Origin: Geosiphon pyriformis uo1
Taxonomy: Eukaryota > Fungi > Glomeromycota
Assembly (NCBI GenBank): GCA_016748015.1
Contig: JAAOMT010000009.1
Span: 1,303,924-1,367,923, forward strand
Direction of reading: 5' to 3'
DNA: 64,000 nucleotides
In this document: piece after piece, positions 24,614 through 38,959 of the stretch
Layout of the letters: every line of letters begins with the position of its first letter
Position numbering within the stretch: the stretch's first letter is position 1
Notes under the pieces: model-generated
Seen by the model: only the letters and a program-made list of their open reading frames with translations
Databases searched by the model: none
What the model was told of the DNA's origin: nothing
Made by a program: the position numbers and the translations under genes

Positions 24614-27600
24614 CTACACATCTATAACTACCCGCATACTGCCACCCAGACCAGAAAAGAAACAAAAAGGCTTCCGATGACCAAAGCTAACAGCAAAGAA
24701 ATTGGCCAAACCAAGCAATCTCACAATACTATCAGACAAAACCGAAGACACACCACAAGGGAGCCCAGAAACAACACCAACATCACAGACCAGACCAGCC
24801 TTCTCCATCACCACCCAGTGGCTGGCTCTAGCCAACTATACTTTAGCACGATGTAGACCAACAACGAACCTGACATAATCAACAATCCTAGCAGTGGCCA
24901 TCTTTCTATCCTCAAAAACATCGCAAGCCTCCTTATACCACTCCTCCAGCACAAACTCTTTGCACACCAAAGTGTACAGCCCAACATCAATGGAACATTG
25001 AGACAAAACCCACAACACAGCAGAAGCAGAGAAACCACCAGCCAAAGCTGACCAACGAGCAGAAGCCTCCGCCAAAATCTCACCACGAATGCCAGACTCA
25101 TGAACACAAGTAAAAACGTGGTCAGAGAACTCCACCTCACCACAAAACAAACACAACACACTAGGGTAGCATTTATCATACAATCTCTTCCTAATGGCCA
25201 CTGGCAACCTTCTGTGCACAGCCTTCATAACATAAGTGCGAAGCGATGAGGATGCGCGGCTAGTGAACCCAGCAAGCATATGAGAATCAGGATGCCACAC
25301 CTTCGCCGTGACAACCCAGTCTATGCAACCAATCATCGCATCCGGAACTACATCACAACCAGGCCCAGCTTCCCAACGAGCACAACGAATTGATCGAAAA
25401 ATATTTCTGACAAAATAACGGGCATTACCAGAAACAGCGATACCCTCAGCAACCAAAAAATGTTCACGCACATCGGCACAAAGGGAAAAGGGAGACCCAG
25501 AGGCAGCCCCAGCAGCCAAGTCAGCTCTCACATTACCAGGAATCCCAGAGTGTCCTTTCACCTTAACCCAACTCACACTAAGATTCTTATCCCTGACCAA
25601 ATTGAAAATATGACGCCTTTCCAGCCAGCATTGATTATGGAAATCAGGAGCAACCAAAGACATCTCAGACACACATGTGTCAATGGCAGCCTGGCTGTCA
25701 AGACGCAACACCACAGTACTTGAAGAAGGAACACACTCCAAAGCCAAAGCGACAGCCTGTAACTCGGCCATAGTAGATGACAAAAGACCACGAACAGTGA
25801 CACCAATACTCATATCCAAGACCGGAAAGTATGCAGAAGCACCACAGGCGACCTCAGCAGAGCCTGCATTCCTCAAAGACCCATCCGTGAAAACTTCAAA
25901 AGAGCCCGACCAAATGTCATGCAATCCATCTTTAACCGCAGAAAACTCCCCAGACCTCAAAATGTCCAAACCAAGCTTTTCTGCTGAGCCAACAGAACCA
26001 GAAAATGAGTAACCCTGACCTTTCAAAAACTCAGAAGAAACCATGAACCAGTGAGGCACAGGGCCACATGGATCCAACCTCTTCCAATGACAAAAAGTTT
26101 TCCAATTCAACAAAACACCTTTCTTATCAAAAAGCCGATCACCAAAAGCGACACCAAAACGTTTAAGAGATTTGACCGAATCAAAATACAGAGACTTTCC
26201 AAGNNNNNNNNNNNNNNNNNNNNNNNNNNNNNNNNNNNNCCTCAGTCGACAGAAAAATACCCAGATACCGATGTGCTTCCCCTTTCTTGGCAATAGAGAT
26301 TGGCTGACCACAAATATTCAGTGAAGCAACTTTAACGCCCTGATTGATGGGAATAGCCACCGTCTTCTCACTATTGATAGAAATGTCATTGATCACAAAA
26401 AATTCACTGGCAATGTTCAGAGCATATTGAGTAGAAGCCTGACAATTTCCAACCCAGATCGTATCATTGACAAATGCACCAGCCGAAAAATACGATGTCA
26501 AACCACTACTGCCCTCAATTCTGCCAGATTTCGAGACAAACTTAGTATCAATTCGGTACCCACACAATTGTTTGTGCCTTTTAACCTCACACAAAAGCGG
26601 ATCATAAAAAATCCTCCAAAGAAGTGGCGAAAAGACCTCACCCTGGTCCAGCCCATCATGCACCTTATAACCACCAGACAAACCAAAGTCAGTCATCATC
26701 CTATTAACCCTATCCTTATGAATACCACCAAAAAACCTTATGAACCTCTCACACATCTTGACACACTGCAAACTAGCTCTTAAATGATGCCACCCAACTG
26801 AATCGTAAGCTTTCCGCATATCTTGCAAGACCAACCATAACTCCCTATTCTTCTTAATGGCATCCTCAATTACCAAACCGACAGCAAACACCAGAGATTG
26901 TGTTGATGTACTCTTCAGCACCGAAAAGTTGTCCCCCTGAAGAACATTGAACTTGCTACAAGCCATTGAAATACGGTCAGACAGAATCTTGGAAAGAATC
27001 TTCTTGACAGTCTCAATCAAAGCAATGGGCCGAGTGTTCGTAAGAACTCCATCCCAGTCATAAGGCTTAGGAATCATAGACACCCAAGCCCTCTTCCACA
27101 AAACAGACACCACACCACCTGATAAACATTTATTAAACAGCACCAACAGACACCCCAAAACTACCTCACCACCATGTTTCCATAATTCATTAGGAACACC
27201 AGACAAACCAGTAGCCTTGCCATTAGGAAGACCACCAACAACAGAAAGTAACTCGCCCATACTGATTGTATTCATAACACCTGAAAAAGCATCATTCCGA
27301 ACATAGTCCAAAGGCACGTACTGACAAGCCCAAAGATCAGGAAGCACTGACTGCACAGAGTGTTTCCTCGTCCACCCCTCCATTATTCCATCCACACTGG
27401 ACTTCACCTCTTCAAGCAACAAAACCAGATCATCATCAACTATCAAGTGATCCAACACAACCTTGCGAAAAGGCTTTTCCAACACACTCCTGATCATACT
27501 ATCCTTATCCAAACAGAAATTATCCATGCGCTTCTCAATCGCCTTCCTAACCGAAGCTTCCTCAGCCAACTTTGATTCAAACATCTTTGACCTCCTGTAA

Positions 27601-28778
27601 TCTCTACGAACCAATGACAAATGCCTAACAACAACATCAGATTTAACACCTGAGCCAACCAAATCCTTGAAAGCACGAGCCTTTGCGTCATCCAGAGTTG
27701 ACCATTTACTCACAAGATGATCAGTGCCCAGCAAGTCACCAGAGCAAAATTTCTTGACAATCTTGGCCACCAACAATTCCAGACCAAGAAACCTAGAAGA
27801 ATGTTTGTTTCTCGAACACTTGAATTCACTAAACCAATGCCTCGAAAATGTCACATCAGCAGAATCCACCACAGCTCCCACCAGAACTGCCCACATAGCA
27901 TCCACATCACCACGTATTTCGGCACCAGAGAACACCTCACCCAAAAACAAAAGTTTAGCTGACGAGAGATCCTTAAACTTAGCCCATCCAACACAGTCAG
28001 CATTCCTGATTTTGAACTTCCAACGATCCTTATTCGCCTGCTTGCGCAAACTGTTCAATTGTATATCTAGAAGCCCACCCAAACCGACTGAAACCACAAC
28101 TGCCTTGTGATCGGTGTCAAAGAAATCCGAAACAGAGACAACTTGATGACCAGCAACAGCAGAAGACAGATTACCACCAACAAAAATGTAATCAATCATT
28201 TTCCCAACCCCTCTCGAATTGCTCCACGTATAAGAATTAGCCAAATGATGACCAACAAATGAATTGACCAAACCCAAACTCAAACAAAACTTGAAACTAG
28301 CACTTCTACCAAATCCATTTTCATTAAGGTCCCCACCCAAGACAACAAAATTGCTGGAATTGACCACCTTTGCAATGAGGGTGTTAACTTCAGAAGCCTG
28401 ACCAAATCTAGCCCCAGAGGAGGCATCAGCATACAACCCCAAAACAGTAACCGAGAGCTTGCCCTTAAACAGAAGCCGAACAGAAATAACCCGACCAGGA
28501 ATCTCCTCCACCTTGGATACATGATGGGCCAAAGAAGTGTTCATAACAATCGCAACCCCAGCACCCATGAAACCCTTATCCAAGCCAGAAGAAAATACTT
28601 GCACTCCATCAAACTTATCCTTTATCTACGGCCCAGAAGAGGATCTCAACTTAGTCTCAGTGATAAAAGAAACCATATTTCCCGAGTTCACATGCCAACG
28701 AACAACATCCGCTTGTTTCGCAGGAACATTGATATCCCAAACATTGCACGTAGCAAATTTCCAAACTAAACCACTCAT
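24614..28778 (-). pseudogene. LINE copy 1 ORF2: APE endonuclease, RT, RNase H, C-terminal CCHC
   Basis: KFATCNV..ITETKL, GGDLN, IDYIF, DTDH (APE); QDMRKAYDSV, LDQGEVFSPLLW, AFVND (RT); FTDGS/AELQA/LDSQ/KGHSG (RNase H); CLFCGEVEFSDHVFTC. Few stops; N gap at 26204-26239. Confidence 0.93.
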
Positions 28779-30727
28779 TAAGATGGAGGAAAAGCCAACG
28801 AACCCGATCCAAAATGCAGATGATCCAATCTATCCAAAACTGAGCGAACTGAAGCCTCAAGAGCCATCATATTCGATTCCAAACCACCAATCTTGGCAGT
28901 CAAAACCTTAGAACTGCTCGGACTGAAATCAACAACCGACCCACCAACATTGGGAGAAGAAGAGGTAGATGACAACAACGTGCCATCCAACTCCAAACCC
29001 GGGTCCATATCTGAAACAACGGCAGTTGGAGACACCAAAAGAAGAGCTGAGGGAGAAGACGCCAATAGCACCAAGTCAACAAAACTTAACTTCTTTAAAA
29101 TGAGTGAGACTTGGTCTAAGAGAATTTCTATGGAGCGTTCCAGCACAGCTAGGCAACCACCTAGATCAGCGGCACCAGACAAGGAAGAATCCATTAAAAA
29201 AGCCATCGAACCAGAGACCAAACTGACACCAGGAGCACCTGAAGAGACAATGCGAGAGGGGGAACTGCCTGCCACTTGGGCCCACGTCTTCCCACCAAAA
29301 GAAACTGGACGAGCGACAGGGGCCGACTTCTTCTTATATATCCCAGCTAGACAAATCCAATCTTGCTCAGAAACCACCCTTCTTCTTCGAACACCAGAAT
29401 ACACACCCAAGGAACAATTGACCGAAACATAATCAAATTGTTTACAATGAGCACAACTGGCCAAAAAAAGACCAGTCCAATGCAAACTCACATTTCTGAA
29501 AACTGGAACGGTACCAATAGCAGCCAATTTGGATGCCTCATCACCAAAACAAATTATGGCACATCTATCACGAACATATGAACTAGGGTTACGGCCGATA
29601 TAACAAGTCTTCTCATCATATGATTCCAACAAATTGGAGAGGTCATGAGCATTAGTGCCAACTGGAAAAGTATAAAGTAAAGCCTGATGCTGATCCCTCA
29701 ATACCCACATTTGTTTATCAATACATGCTTTTGCCACTCGGACCGAATCCTTTCCCATGAGCACAGACCATCTAGCTGTGACCAAATTAGCTATCTCAGA
29801 TGATTCATATTCTACCAGGGCCTTTTGCCAAAGACCAATAAGCTGCACTTTGATTGAAACAATCTTGCCAAACCTAGAGAACACCGCCTCAATTGCCGAT
29901 TTGGGAAGATCTACTGGGATTTCCTTGATGATCATCTCCCAATCTGAATGGCTGTTTACTTTTCTTAGATCATCATTTACCAAAATTTTCTCACCAATCG
30001 CCATTTCCCTAGCCTTATTCAAACTAATTTCAGATGTAAAAGAGGATCTGATGATCCCTGGGAATTTTGAGGGAGTTGAGGCTCCCCCAAATCCATCAAC
30101 GCAATAAAAAATTTTTTTAATTGAAACCAACTTATCACCATTAGTTTTGCCAGGCACGGCAGATAGCTCAATGTCCAATGCAAATGATTTTGATGAATTA
30201 AAACTCTGTTTCTCCAGTGCACGTGACCCGACTGGAGGAAGGCGATTGGACCCACAAAATTTAGGACTTGGAAGAGGCAAAGTGTCTTCACCATCACTTA
30301 GAATGTTAAAAGAGAGAGGTGGCGGCTTACTGTTCAGAACATAGGTGCGGGTACACGTCTTCCTTGGCGTGGCATCGTTCATGTTGTCATCCAAACCTGC
30401 ATCTGACTCTGCATAGCTAGTTTCCTCAGCGACAACATTTTCCAAGTTATCCAAGTCCGAGACGCCACTTACACTGTCCACTTCGCTGTTGACCTCGCTA
30501 GCCCATGACCATTCAATGTTAGGTCCGTCACCACTTTCATCCATAACGTTCGAGACACCAGCAGATGACTCCACCAAACCGCCAACCGCCACAGGTTTCT
30601 TCGGCTTCTTATAGGATGCACCGCGAGATTGAAGACCAACCGAACGCTTATTTTTGACACCAGACCGGGTCCCCAACCCAGCCGAAACGGACCCAGAACC
30701 ACCAGCAGCAAAGCCCACCAGTTCCAT
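28778..30727 (-). CDS. LINE copy 1 ORF1 (gag-like nucleic-acid chaperone)
   Basis: Open 649-aa ORF; RRM-like IIKEIPVDL..VFSRFGKI, knuckle-like CAHCKQFDYVSVNC, C-terminal heptads. Confidence 0.88.
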   Translation of the reverse strand: MELVGFAAGGSGSVSAGLGTRSGVKNKRSVGLQSRGASYKKPKKPVAVGGLVESSAGVSNVMDESGDGPNIEWSWASEVNSEVDSVSGVSDLDNLENVVAEETSYAESDAGLDDNMNDATPRKTCTRTYVLNSKPPPLSFNILSDGEDTLPLPSPKFCGSNRLPPVGSRALEKQSFNSSKSFALDIELSAVPGKTNGDKLVSIKKIFYCVDGFGGASTPSKFPGIIRSSFTSEISLNKAREMAIGEKILVNDDLRKVNSHSDWEMIIKEIPVDLPKSAIEAVFSRFGKIVSIKVQLIGLWQKALVEYESSEIANLVTARWSVLMGKDSVRVAKACIDKQMWVLRDQHQALLYTFPVGTNAHDLSNLLESYDEKTCYIGRNPSSYVRDRCAIICFGDEASKLAAIGTVPVFRNVSLHWTGLFLASCAHCKQFDYVSVNCSLGVYSGVRRRRVVSEQDWICLAGIYKKKSAPVARPVSFGGKTWAQVAGSSPSRIVSSGAPGVSLVSGSMAFLMDSSLSGAADLGGCLAVLERSIEILLDQVSLILKKLSFVDLVLLASSPSALLLVSPTAVVSDMDPGLELDGTLLSSTSSSPNVGGSVVDFSPSSSKVLTAKIGGLESNMMALEASVRSVLDRLDHLHFGSGSLAFPPS

Positions 30728-30868
30728 AGCTACAAAAAGGAGAATGTCTGAAGAAATAACTGGAGAAAAGTGAAGGGGAAAAGGGAAAAGGAAGGCTATT
30801 TCAACGATGACTCAATGCTCTCATTGTAACTGGGAGATCAACAAAAGAAAGAGTTCGTTTGGTTATTT

Positions 30869-31869
30869 TGGTTAAATTTATTGTTAAATTAATTAATTTA
30901 TTGGTTTTCTTGATTACTATTCTTTTTGTTTTATATAAAAAGTTTAAAAATATAATTAGTATTATTTAAAGTAAAATATTTGTTTTTACTAAAACTATAA
31001 ATAAGTTTTTTTTTAAATATAACTTTAATTAAAATTAAATATATTTTTAATATTAGTTATATAAAAATTGTAATAATTTTTTAAATAATTAAGTTTATAT
31101 TAAGTTGATTATTCTTTAAAAATATTAATCTGTTAATATTAATTTTAATCCAGATAAAATTATTAAATAATTAAGTAAAATTATTATAAATAATAATTTT
31201 TTGATTGTAATTTATATAAAATGTCTTTTTAAAATAAATTTTTAAAATAGATTTAATATAATTAGTTTAAATTAAACTTATATCTAATTATATATAAAAA
31301 ATACATAAATTATATTTAAATTAAATTACTTAATTTAATTATTATATTAGATAATAATTAGATTATATATTAAAATAAAAAATAAATAAATAAATAATAT
31401 AATAATTAAAATATAATCTAATATAATTGAATTAATTTTAATAAAATATTAAATATTTAAATAAAAATTATTTTGGTTTTTATTAATTTAATTTTTTAAA
31501 TTAAATAATATTATAAAACAATTAAATAAAAATAGATATTAAAATATAACTTGTTTTATTTTACAATCAATAATAATTTATTAAAAATAACTGTATTATA
31601 TAATACAATTAAATATTAATTTGTATTTATTTTAATAATATATTTTATTATTTAAATTAAAAAAAGTATTATTGTTTACAGCTAAATAAAAATACTTTAG
31701 TATAATTAATCTTAATATTACAAAATTAATAAAAAACTAGTATTCAGCAAAAAATATATATTTTTAATTTTAAAACAACAATAAAAAGTTTTAAGTTTTT
31801 AAAAAATATAGAATTAATATTTTTTAAATATTAAAAAAACATTATAAAAAAAATTGTTTTTTAATTTTA

Positions 31870-31925
<56 letters not shown>

Positions 31926-32227
31926 AGCTGGTTTTAATATATTTAACCAAAAACAAAAAAGCAATTTACAATAATTTTAAAATAATAATAATAATATTTT
32001 GTATATAAAAATTAATCAGTAATTTAAAATTATATTAATTAAAACTTAATTTTAAAATATAAACTTTATATAAATAATTTAATAATTAAAACAAATATTT
32101 TATATAACTTAAAAAAACTTTTTTTGTGTTTTTATAATTAGAATTAAATATAAATTATTAAAGTCAAAATTAAAAATTTTGTTTAATTTGTTAAAATTCG
32201 CAATTAAAAAATTGACTTTTTGGCAAA
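30869..32227. repeat. extremely AT-rich eroded TE relic with an (AAT)n-(ATT)n microsatellite at about 31870-31925
   Basis: Very low GC; 31200-31330 resembles 59880-59990. Confidence 0.7.
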
Positions 32228-35200
32228 TTTTTTTTTTTATTATTACGTTTAACGAGCGAAGTCCAAACACTACTTAGAACAATACATCAATGAAATGATC
32301 TAAATTAGGTGTGAATCATGCGCTTAATCACATGTGACCAGCCATTCGAGCCAGTCAGGACAACACTACACAATTATATTAACAGAAACCATATTACCAA
32401 TATCCGAAAAAAATGAACAAGACTTACGAAAGCCAAAAAAAACACCAAAGGCTTCAGTAACACCAAGCAATTTAACCACACCAGGCAACAATCTCAAAAC
32501 TGAACCAAAAACTGGAATGGGAATTGATCTGTCCGCTGGAATCAGGCCATTCTTTTTCATAAAAGCATGATACTTGGTATGGACCAACCAAATATTATTT
32601 CTAAAAGCAGAGCATAGAAAGCACATAAAATCAGTAATTTTAACACCAGCAACTTTGGGATCATGGAAGACAGTAACAGCCTCTTAAAGCCATCCATTGA
32701 AAACAAAACCCTTGTAAAGAGCCGAGAAAACTAGCAAATCCAAAGCACAGGTCGACATAAACTACAACACAACCAAAGAAGGAAGAGAGAGCCCAGAAAG
32801 TGACTTTCAAGAAGACATGCAGGATTCCAGAACCTGACAACAAGCCAAATCATCAGCCACACAAGAAAACACATGATCAGAAACCTCCACCTCACCACAA
32901 TACAGACACAGAACACTAGGGTAACATTTATTGTAAATGCACTTCCAGACAGCCACAGGAAGCTGATGGTGCAAAGTCTTTATAAGATAAGTGCGAGTAT
33001 CAGCTGTGAGTCTGCTAGTGAAACCAGCAACCATATACAAATCAGGGTGCCAAATCTTAGAAGAACTGAGCCAGTCAACATTTGAACGCAAACTACTAGC
33101 CAGAAATCCAGAACTGGAACCAATCTCCCAGCATGCATGACAAACCACATGACAAACATCTTGAACAAAGTGTCTAGAATTACCAGAAACAACACCACCA
33201 TCCGCCAACAAAAAGTGTCCATCCACGTGAGAAGGAAGATACCACTCAGATAAAAACGCAGCATTAGCAATGCTATCAGTGTGGTTGTTCCCCAAAATGC
33301 CAGAGTGGCCCTTGACTTTGTGCCAACTAACTCTCAAATTCTTGAATATGCCGATGCTTGACCCAACATCAATTGCAAAAGTCAGGGCACATCAGGTTTA
33401 ACTCAGACCTACAAGCATCTAAAGCTGCTTGACTATTTGAAAACAAATTAACAGAACAAACTGCAGGCATGCACTCCAAAGCCAATGCTATAGCCTGTAA
33501 TTCTACTAAAGTAGATGACACTAAACCCTAAACACTGACACCTAAACCCAAATCAATGTTCTCAAAAAAAATGGCAGCCCCAGCTCTACAATCAGCTGTG
33601 CCCAAATACTTCAAAGAACTATTTGTATATACAGACAAACTATTGACATCAACCTGAGAAAGACGACTACAAGCGGCCACAAAATCATCAGACTCACAAA
33701 AGTTAAAAGGACCAGCACCAACTGAGACTGTAGAAAATAAATGAGAAGCCATAAGAAATGTAACAAAAAGATTGAACCATTCAGGAACCAGGCCATAAGG
33801 GTCCAGCCTCTTTCACTACTTGAAGGTGTGCCAGCTAAAAACAATGCCATAATGATTATGAAGTTAATCCACGAAGGCAATGCCAAAACACCAAAGAGAA
33901 GGTAAGAACTTGAAAAATAAAGACTTGCCAAGAATGACAGACATAGAAACCCCATTGCAAAACCAAAAAGCACTGGTCAAAGAGCCACCCAAAAACAAAT
34001 TGCAATCAAGGAGAATGCGAACCATACCAGCCAAGAAATTATTAGAAACACTGACGCGAATATGAGCAGGAGAGATCAAAAGGTGAATGGGCCACCAACA
34101 CAGAACCTGTAAGTCATGTGATCTGTGACTGAACAGATGCCCCAAGATCCTGCCAGAGTTTGCAAAACTAATAAGCAAAGTTACTTTACTCTCAGATTGA
34201 CATTGTGAAAAAGATTTTAAATCATAAAAAAAAGGATAGTGAATAGTATCACTAGGAAAGTTCATTGGGAGACCAGCTTTTAGCTTCAAGCTCTTGTGAA
34301 TCATAGCATCTCATTTATTATATACATCAACAGAAACATAGCCAAACTGCATTCTGTAGCTGATTATGAGATGAAGAACTGCTAACACCAGATACAAGAA
34401 CTGCTTATCTAAAACTGCCTTCTTTAGAACTAAATTAGTAAAAAAATGAACGTCTGAATGTGCTTTAGTCAAACTAGGTCTTGAAAGACCCTCAGTTGAC
34501 AAAAAGATACCAAGATACTGATGAGATTCCCTTCTATGGACAACAGAAATAGGCAAACCACTAATAAAAAGAGATAGAACACTGACCCTGCTGTTGATTG
34601 GAATGGCCACAGTTTTGTCATTATTAATTGAAATGTCATTAATTCAAAAAAATTCACTAGCAACATTGAGAATATGCTGAGTAGCAGCCTGACTACTACC
34701 AATTTAAATAGTATTATCAACAAAGGCACTAGCAGCAAAAAAAATAGAAAGCCCAGCCTGAGACTCAGTACGACCACTCCCAAAAACAAAATAAGAATTG
34801 AATCTGTAACCACACACACTCTCTTGACGCTTGACTTCACACAAAAAAGGATCATAAAATATGCGCCACAGCAGAGAGGAAAAAACTTTATCTTGGTCCA
34901 ACTTATCAAACACTCAGTAACCATCAGTCAAACCAAAATCTGTCATGACACGGTTGGTTTAATCCTTATAAATACTACCAAAAAAGTGAACAAATTTACT
35001 ACACATTTTGATCCTAACCAAGCTTTTCTCAAGGTGTTTTCAGCCAACTGAATCATATGTTTTCTACATGTCCTGTAAAACAAGCCAAAGTTCCCGGTTT
35101 TTTTTCAAAGCATTCTCAATTACTGAGCCAACCACAAAAATAGGAGACTGAGTTGTTGTATCCTTTAAAACCAAAAAATTGTCACCACGTATAACATTAT

Positions 35201-38200
35201 ATGAGCTGCAAGCCAGTGAGATCCTATCTGAAAAAATCTTGAATAGAATTTTGCAAGCTGTTTCAATCAAGGCAATAGGACAAGTATTCATGAGAACACC
35301 CTCCCACTCATAAAGTTTGGAAATTATCAAAACCCAAGCCTTTTTTTAAGGACTAGGCAACAACTCACAAGACAAACAAGAATTCAAAAAAACCAAAAGC
35401 AAACCCAAAACTGACTTATTACAACATTTCCAAAGCTCATTAGAGATGCCCGAAAGACCAACAGCTTTCCCATCAGGAAAACTGGTAATTACATGATGCA
35501 ACTCATTAAAATCAATCTCACTCATCACCTCAGAAAAAACATCATCAAAAATGTAGTTCAAAAGTTTGTATTGACAAGACCAAGTATCAGAAAAATCATC
35601 AACCACCACACACTTTTTGGTCCATCCTTCCATGATAGCATTTACCTTAGACTTAACCAAATTAGGTTCAAGAACTAACTCATTGTCCACGACCAGATGG
35701 TCCAAAACCACTTTGCAAAAGGGATGTTCCAACACACTTTTGATTGTATGACCCTTATCCAGCTCAAAACTCTCCATCCTATTGGTAATAGCCTGCCTAA
35801 TGTGAGATTCTTCAGCATGCTTAGACTTCAGCAATTTAGAAGAGCAGTATAACCTCTTCACTTTGGTCAAAGCAGAACAAATGTTATCAAATTTAGCACC
35901 AGAAAAGAACATAAATCTTACCATCAAAGTACCAGCAAAGTTAAGATTGTCCCATGTACCCAAAAGCAAAGCAAAACTGACACTAAAACTCAAACAAGAA
36001 GCCTTCACCAGCTTGGAAACTAACAGCTTCAGCTTATAAAACCTAGATGACACTTTATTGTGAACTGTATCAAAACCTTTGAACCATCTTTTCTTGAAAG
36101 CACCACCAGCTAAGATAACTATAATCTTGCGAATAACATTCCACATAGTGCCAAGATCAGAAAACTTCACAGCATCATCAAACGCACCTGATAACATAGT
36201 AGTGTTAGCAGCTGTAGCATTCTTAAACTCAAGCCATTTAGCCTCACTGGCATTTTTGACATCAAATTTCCAACAATCTTTATTCGCCTGCTTGCAAAAA
36301 GAAAACAAGCATGTATCTAATAAACCACCCAGGCCCATAGATACAGACACAGCCTGGTGGTCTGTATCAAAATATTTACCAACATCCGAAACACAATGAT
36401 ATACCAAAAAATTGACCAGATTTGGTGAAACAAACATGTAATCAATAGTTTTCATGACACCCCTAGAATTCACCCAAGTGAGCATCTTAATGGCTGGGCT
36501 TCCAATCAAAGAGTTAACCAACCCCAATTCAAAGCACTTTTTGAAACTTGCACACTTTCGAGAACCATTTTCATTAAAATCACCACCAAGGACAACAAAA
36601 GAAGACTCATTAATGGCTTTAGCAATAAGAGAGTTGATTTTACCAGCCTGAGAAAACTGAACCACTGATAAAGCACCAGTGTAGAGCCCCAAAATAGACA
36701 CTGAAAGTTTATTTTTGAAAAACAACTTGATGAATAGGAGCCAACTAGGCACCTCAGAGACCTTGTAGATATGTTTTGCTAAAGAAGAATTCATGATAAT
36801 CAACACACCAGCACTCATAGAACCAGAATCCAGACCAAAAGTAAAAACCTGAACACCATCAAATTTATTGGTCAACCATGGGTGAACTTTCTTTTTAAGC
36901 TTTGACTCTGTAAAAATAGAAACCAAATTGTTCATATCCTTGTGCTAATGAATGACATCATCTTGCTTCACAGGATTGTTCAACCCACAAACATTACACG
37001 TGGTAATTTTCTATACCAGACTACTTATTAAGAAAGAGGTAAAGAAGGAGTACCACCTGCTAAAACCAAACCATCCAAGTGCACTGATAGGCTCATGACC
37101 GAAACAGAGAGACCTTCCAACATGTTTTCCAATTTTACAATCTCAGGTGAGGCAGTTGAACCTAAAACAGCAGCAGTCTTGTCACTAGTAGCATTACCCG
37201 AACCCACTCCCATCACTATATCCTCCCCTTGATTCTGCAATGGGAGGGGTCACTGGCAGCTGACATCCAGGGCTAGACTGGGAAACTGCCAGCACAAATG
37301 ATTCCAATCTTTTAGCCAACTTACCAATTTGTTTCATGAGGCTAACAAGACTGCTTTTAATGCTAACCAAACATTTTTCCAAATCATTTACTACTGGAAG
37401 GAGAGGTTTACCATTTCTAATAGAACCAAGCTGAGAGTCGTATTCAAAAAAAGTGCCTGAAAGAATAGAGCCAACCACTGATGCCCAAGTCTTCTTATCA
37501 AAAGCCAAAGGATGAGAAACAGGAGCAGACTTTCTTTCATAAATCTTCACCAATCTAAACCGATCCTGAGCCGAGAGAGGAGCTCTCTTGCCCTTCAGAC
37601 TCGAAGACACACCAGCTGATTTACAATTCCTAGATGTATGACCAAGAGAATTGTAAGAAGAATACAAAGCAGCAAACAGGCATGACCAATGGAGACTGAC
37701 ACCTTTTATCACTGGAGTGTTGGCCAGAGCCTGATTCAGATCACTCTCAGACTCAAAACACACTGTGGTACAGTGCGCCCAAGTGTAGTTAACTGAATTG
37801 TGCTCGATGACACATGTTTTTCCACCCACTGAACCAATAAAATTCCAAAGATCATATGCATTGGTTCCCACAGGAAAAGTGTAAAACAACGCCTTAAACT
37901 CATCTCTGGAATCCCAAGTCTGTTTATTAACATCAGCTCTGGCCACCCAGATTGCATTTTTTCCAATAAGAATAGACCACTTGGATGCCAACAAATCAGC
38001 CTGATCAGAATTTCCCAAGTAACAATTGCTTTTTGCCACAGTCCTACCAACTGCATTTTAATTGACACAACAACCCCAAATTCTAAAACAGCTGCACGCA
38101 CCGTCTTAATCGATGTATTAACAGGAATCTCCTTAATTATAATATCCCAATTTGTATGATTGTTTACTGGATGCTTAAGATTGGTGTTTACCACAACATC

Positions 38201-38959
38201 ATGATCATTTGCCAACTTTTCAGCAGCCATCATTGCCTTTTCCGAAGTGAAAGTTGCACGAATAACTCCACCAAATTTTGAAAGAGTAGAAGCCCCTTCA
38301 AAACCATTCACACTTGAAAAAATTTTCCTGATAAAACTCAATTTTTCCTGAAAAGACTTTTTAGTGATGGCCACAAGATTAATATCTAAAGCAAAAAATT
38401 TGCAAACAGGCACTTGTATGGATAGTTTGATAAGTAGAGAGGGTGGAAGAAGAAAAGAATCATCTAATATGTTATTGTCTGTATTAACATTATCATAATT
38501 AATCACACCCAAAGGCTTCCTTAACACCTTTTTGGTCTTTACACACAAACTCTTTGGCGTTTGAATAGGATTCTCTTCTGTGAAAGCACTACTCTCACCA
38601 TAGTCAACACTGGTTTCTTCAACCAAGCACTCCTTCTCCATGTCAATACTCTCAGACTCAGTAGTGTTATCTGTCTCAAAACTTTATGAACGAGCACCAA
38701 GAGCTTCAGCAGCAACCCCTTTATTATCAATATTCTTTGCCAATACACCTTCTTTTCTCTTCTTCCTTGATGCAACCATCTTGAAACCACCCTCAGAACC
38801 AGAAACTTTAATAGTCTTCTTCATAACAGCAATAACAGGGCCAACAGTGGCCTCGTAATCAAAGAATGGTTTTAACTTATTATACTGAATGGTAAAAAAC
38901 TTCTTTCAAAAAAACTTTTGACTCTTTTTTGGGAATTTTAGATGAAGGAGAAAAAGAAG
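32228..38959 (-). mobile_element. full-length LINE with RNase H, copy 2 (second subfamily), degenerate
   Basis: ORF1 about 37028-38824 and ORF2 about 32366-37028 in fragments (GGDFN, IDYMF, DTDH, LDQDKVFSSLLW, AFVDN, KGHSG, CLYC). (TAA)n/A tail. 5' end CTTCTTTTTCTCCTTCATC shared with copy 3. Confidence 0.95.

Larger units (their letters stand above)
24481..30856 (-). mobile_element. full-length non-LTR retrotransposon (LINE with RNase H), copy 1
   Basis: 12-bp TSD GTTTGGTTATTT at 24469-24480 and 30857-30868; A-rich tail; ORF1 and ORF2. Confidence 0.95.

Noticed and set aside
25460-30344. many plus-strand ORFs over LINE copy 1
   Set aside because: Antisense to ORF1/ORF2 with no independent motifs.
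32228-32238. TSD for LINE copy 2
   Set aside because: Only T-runs on both sides, indistinguishable from the tail; not called.
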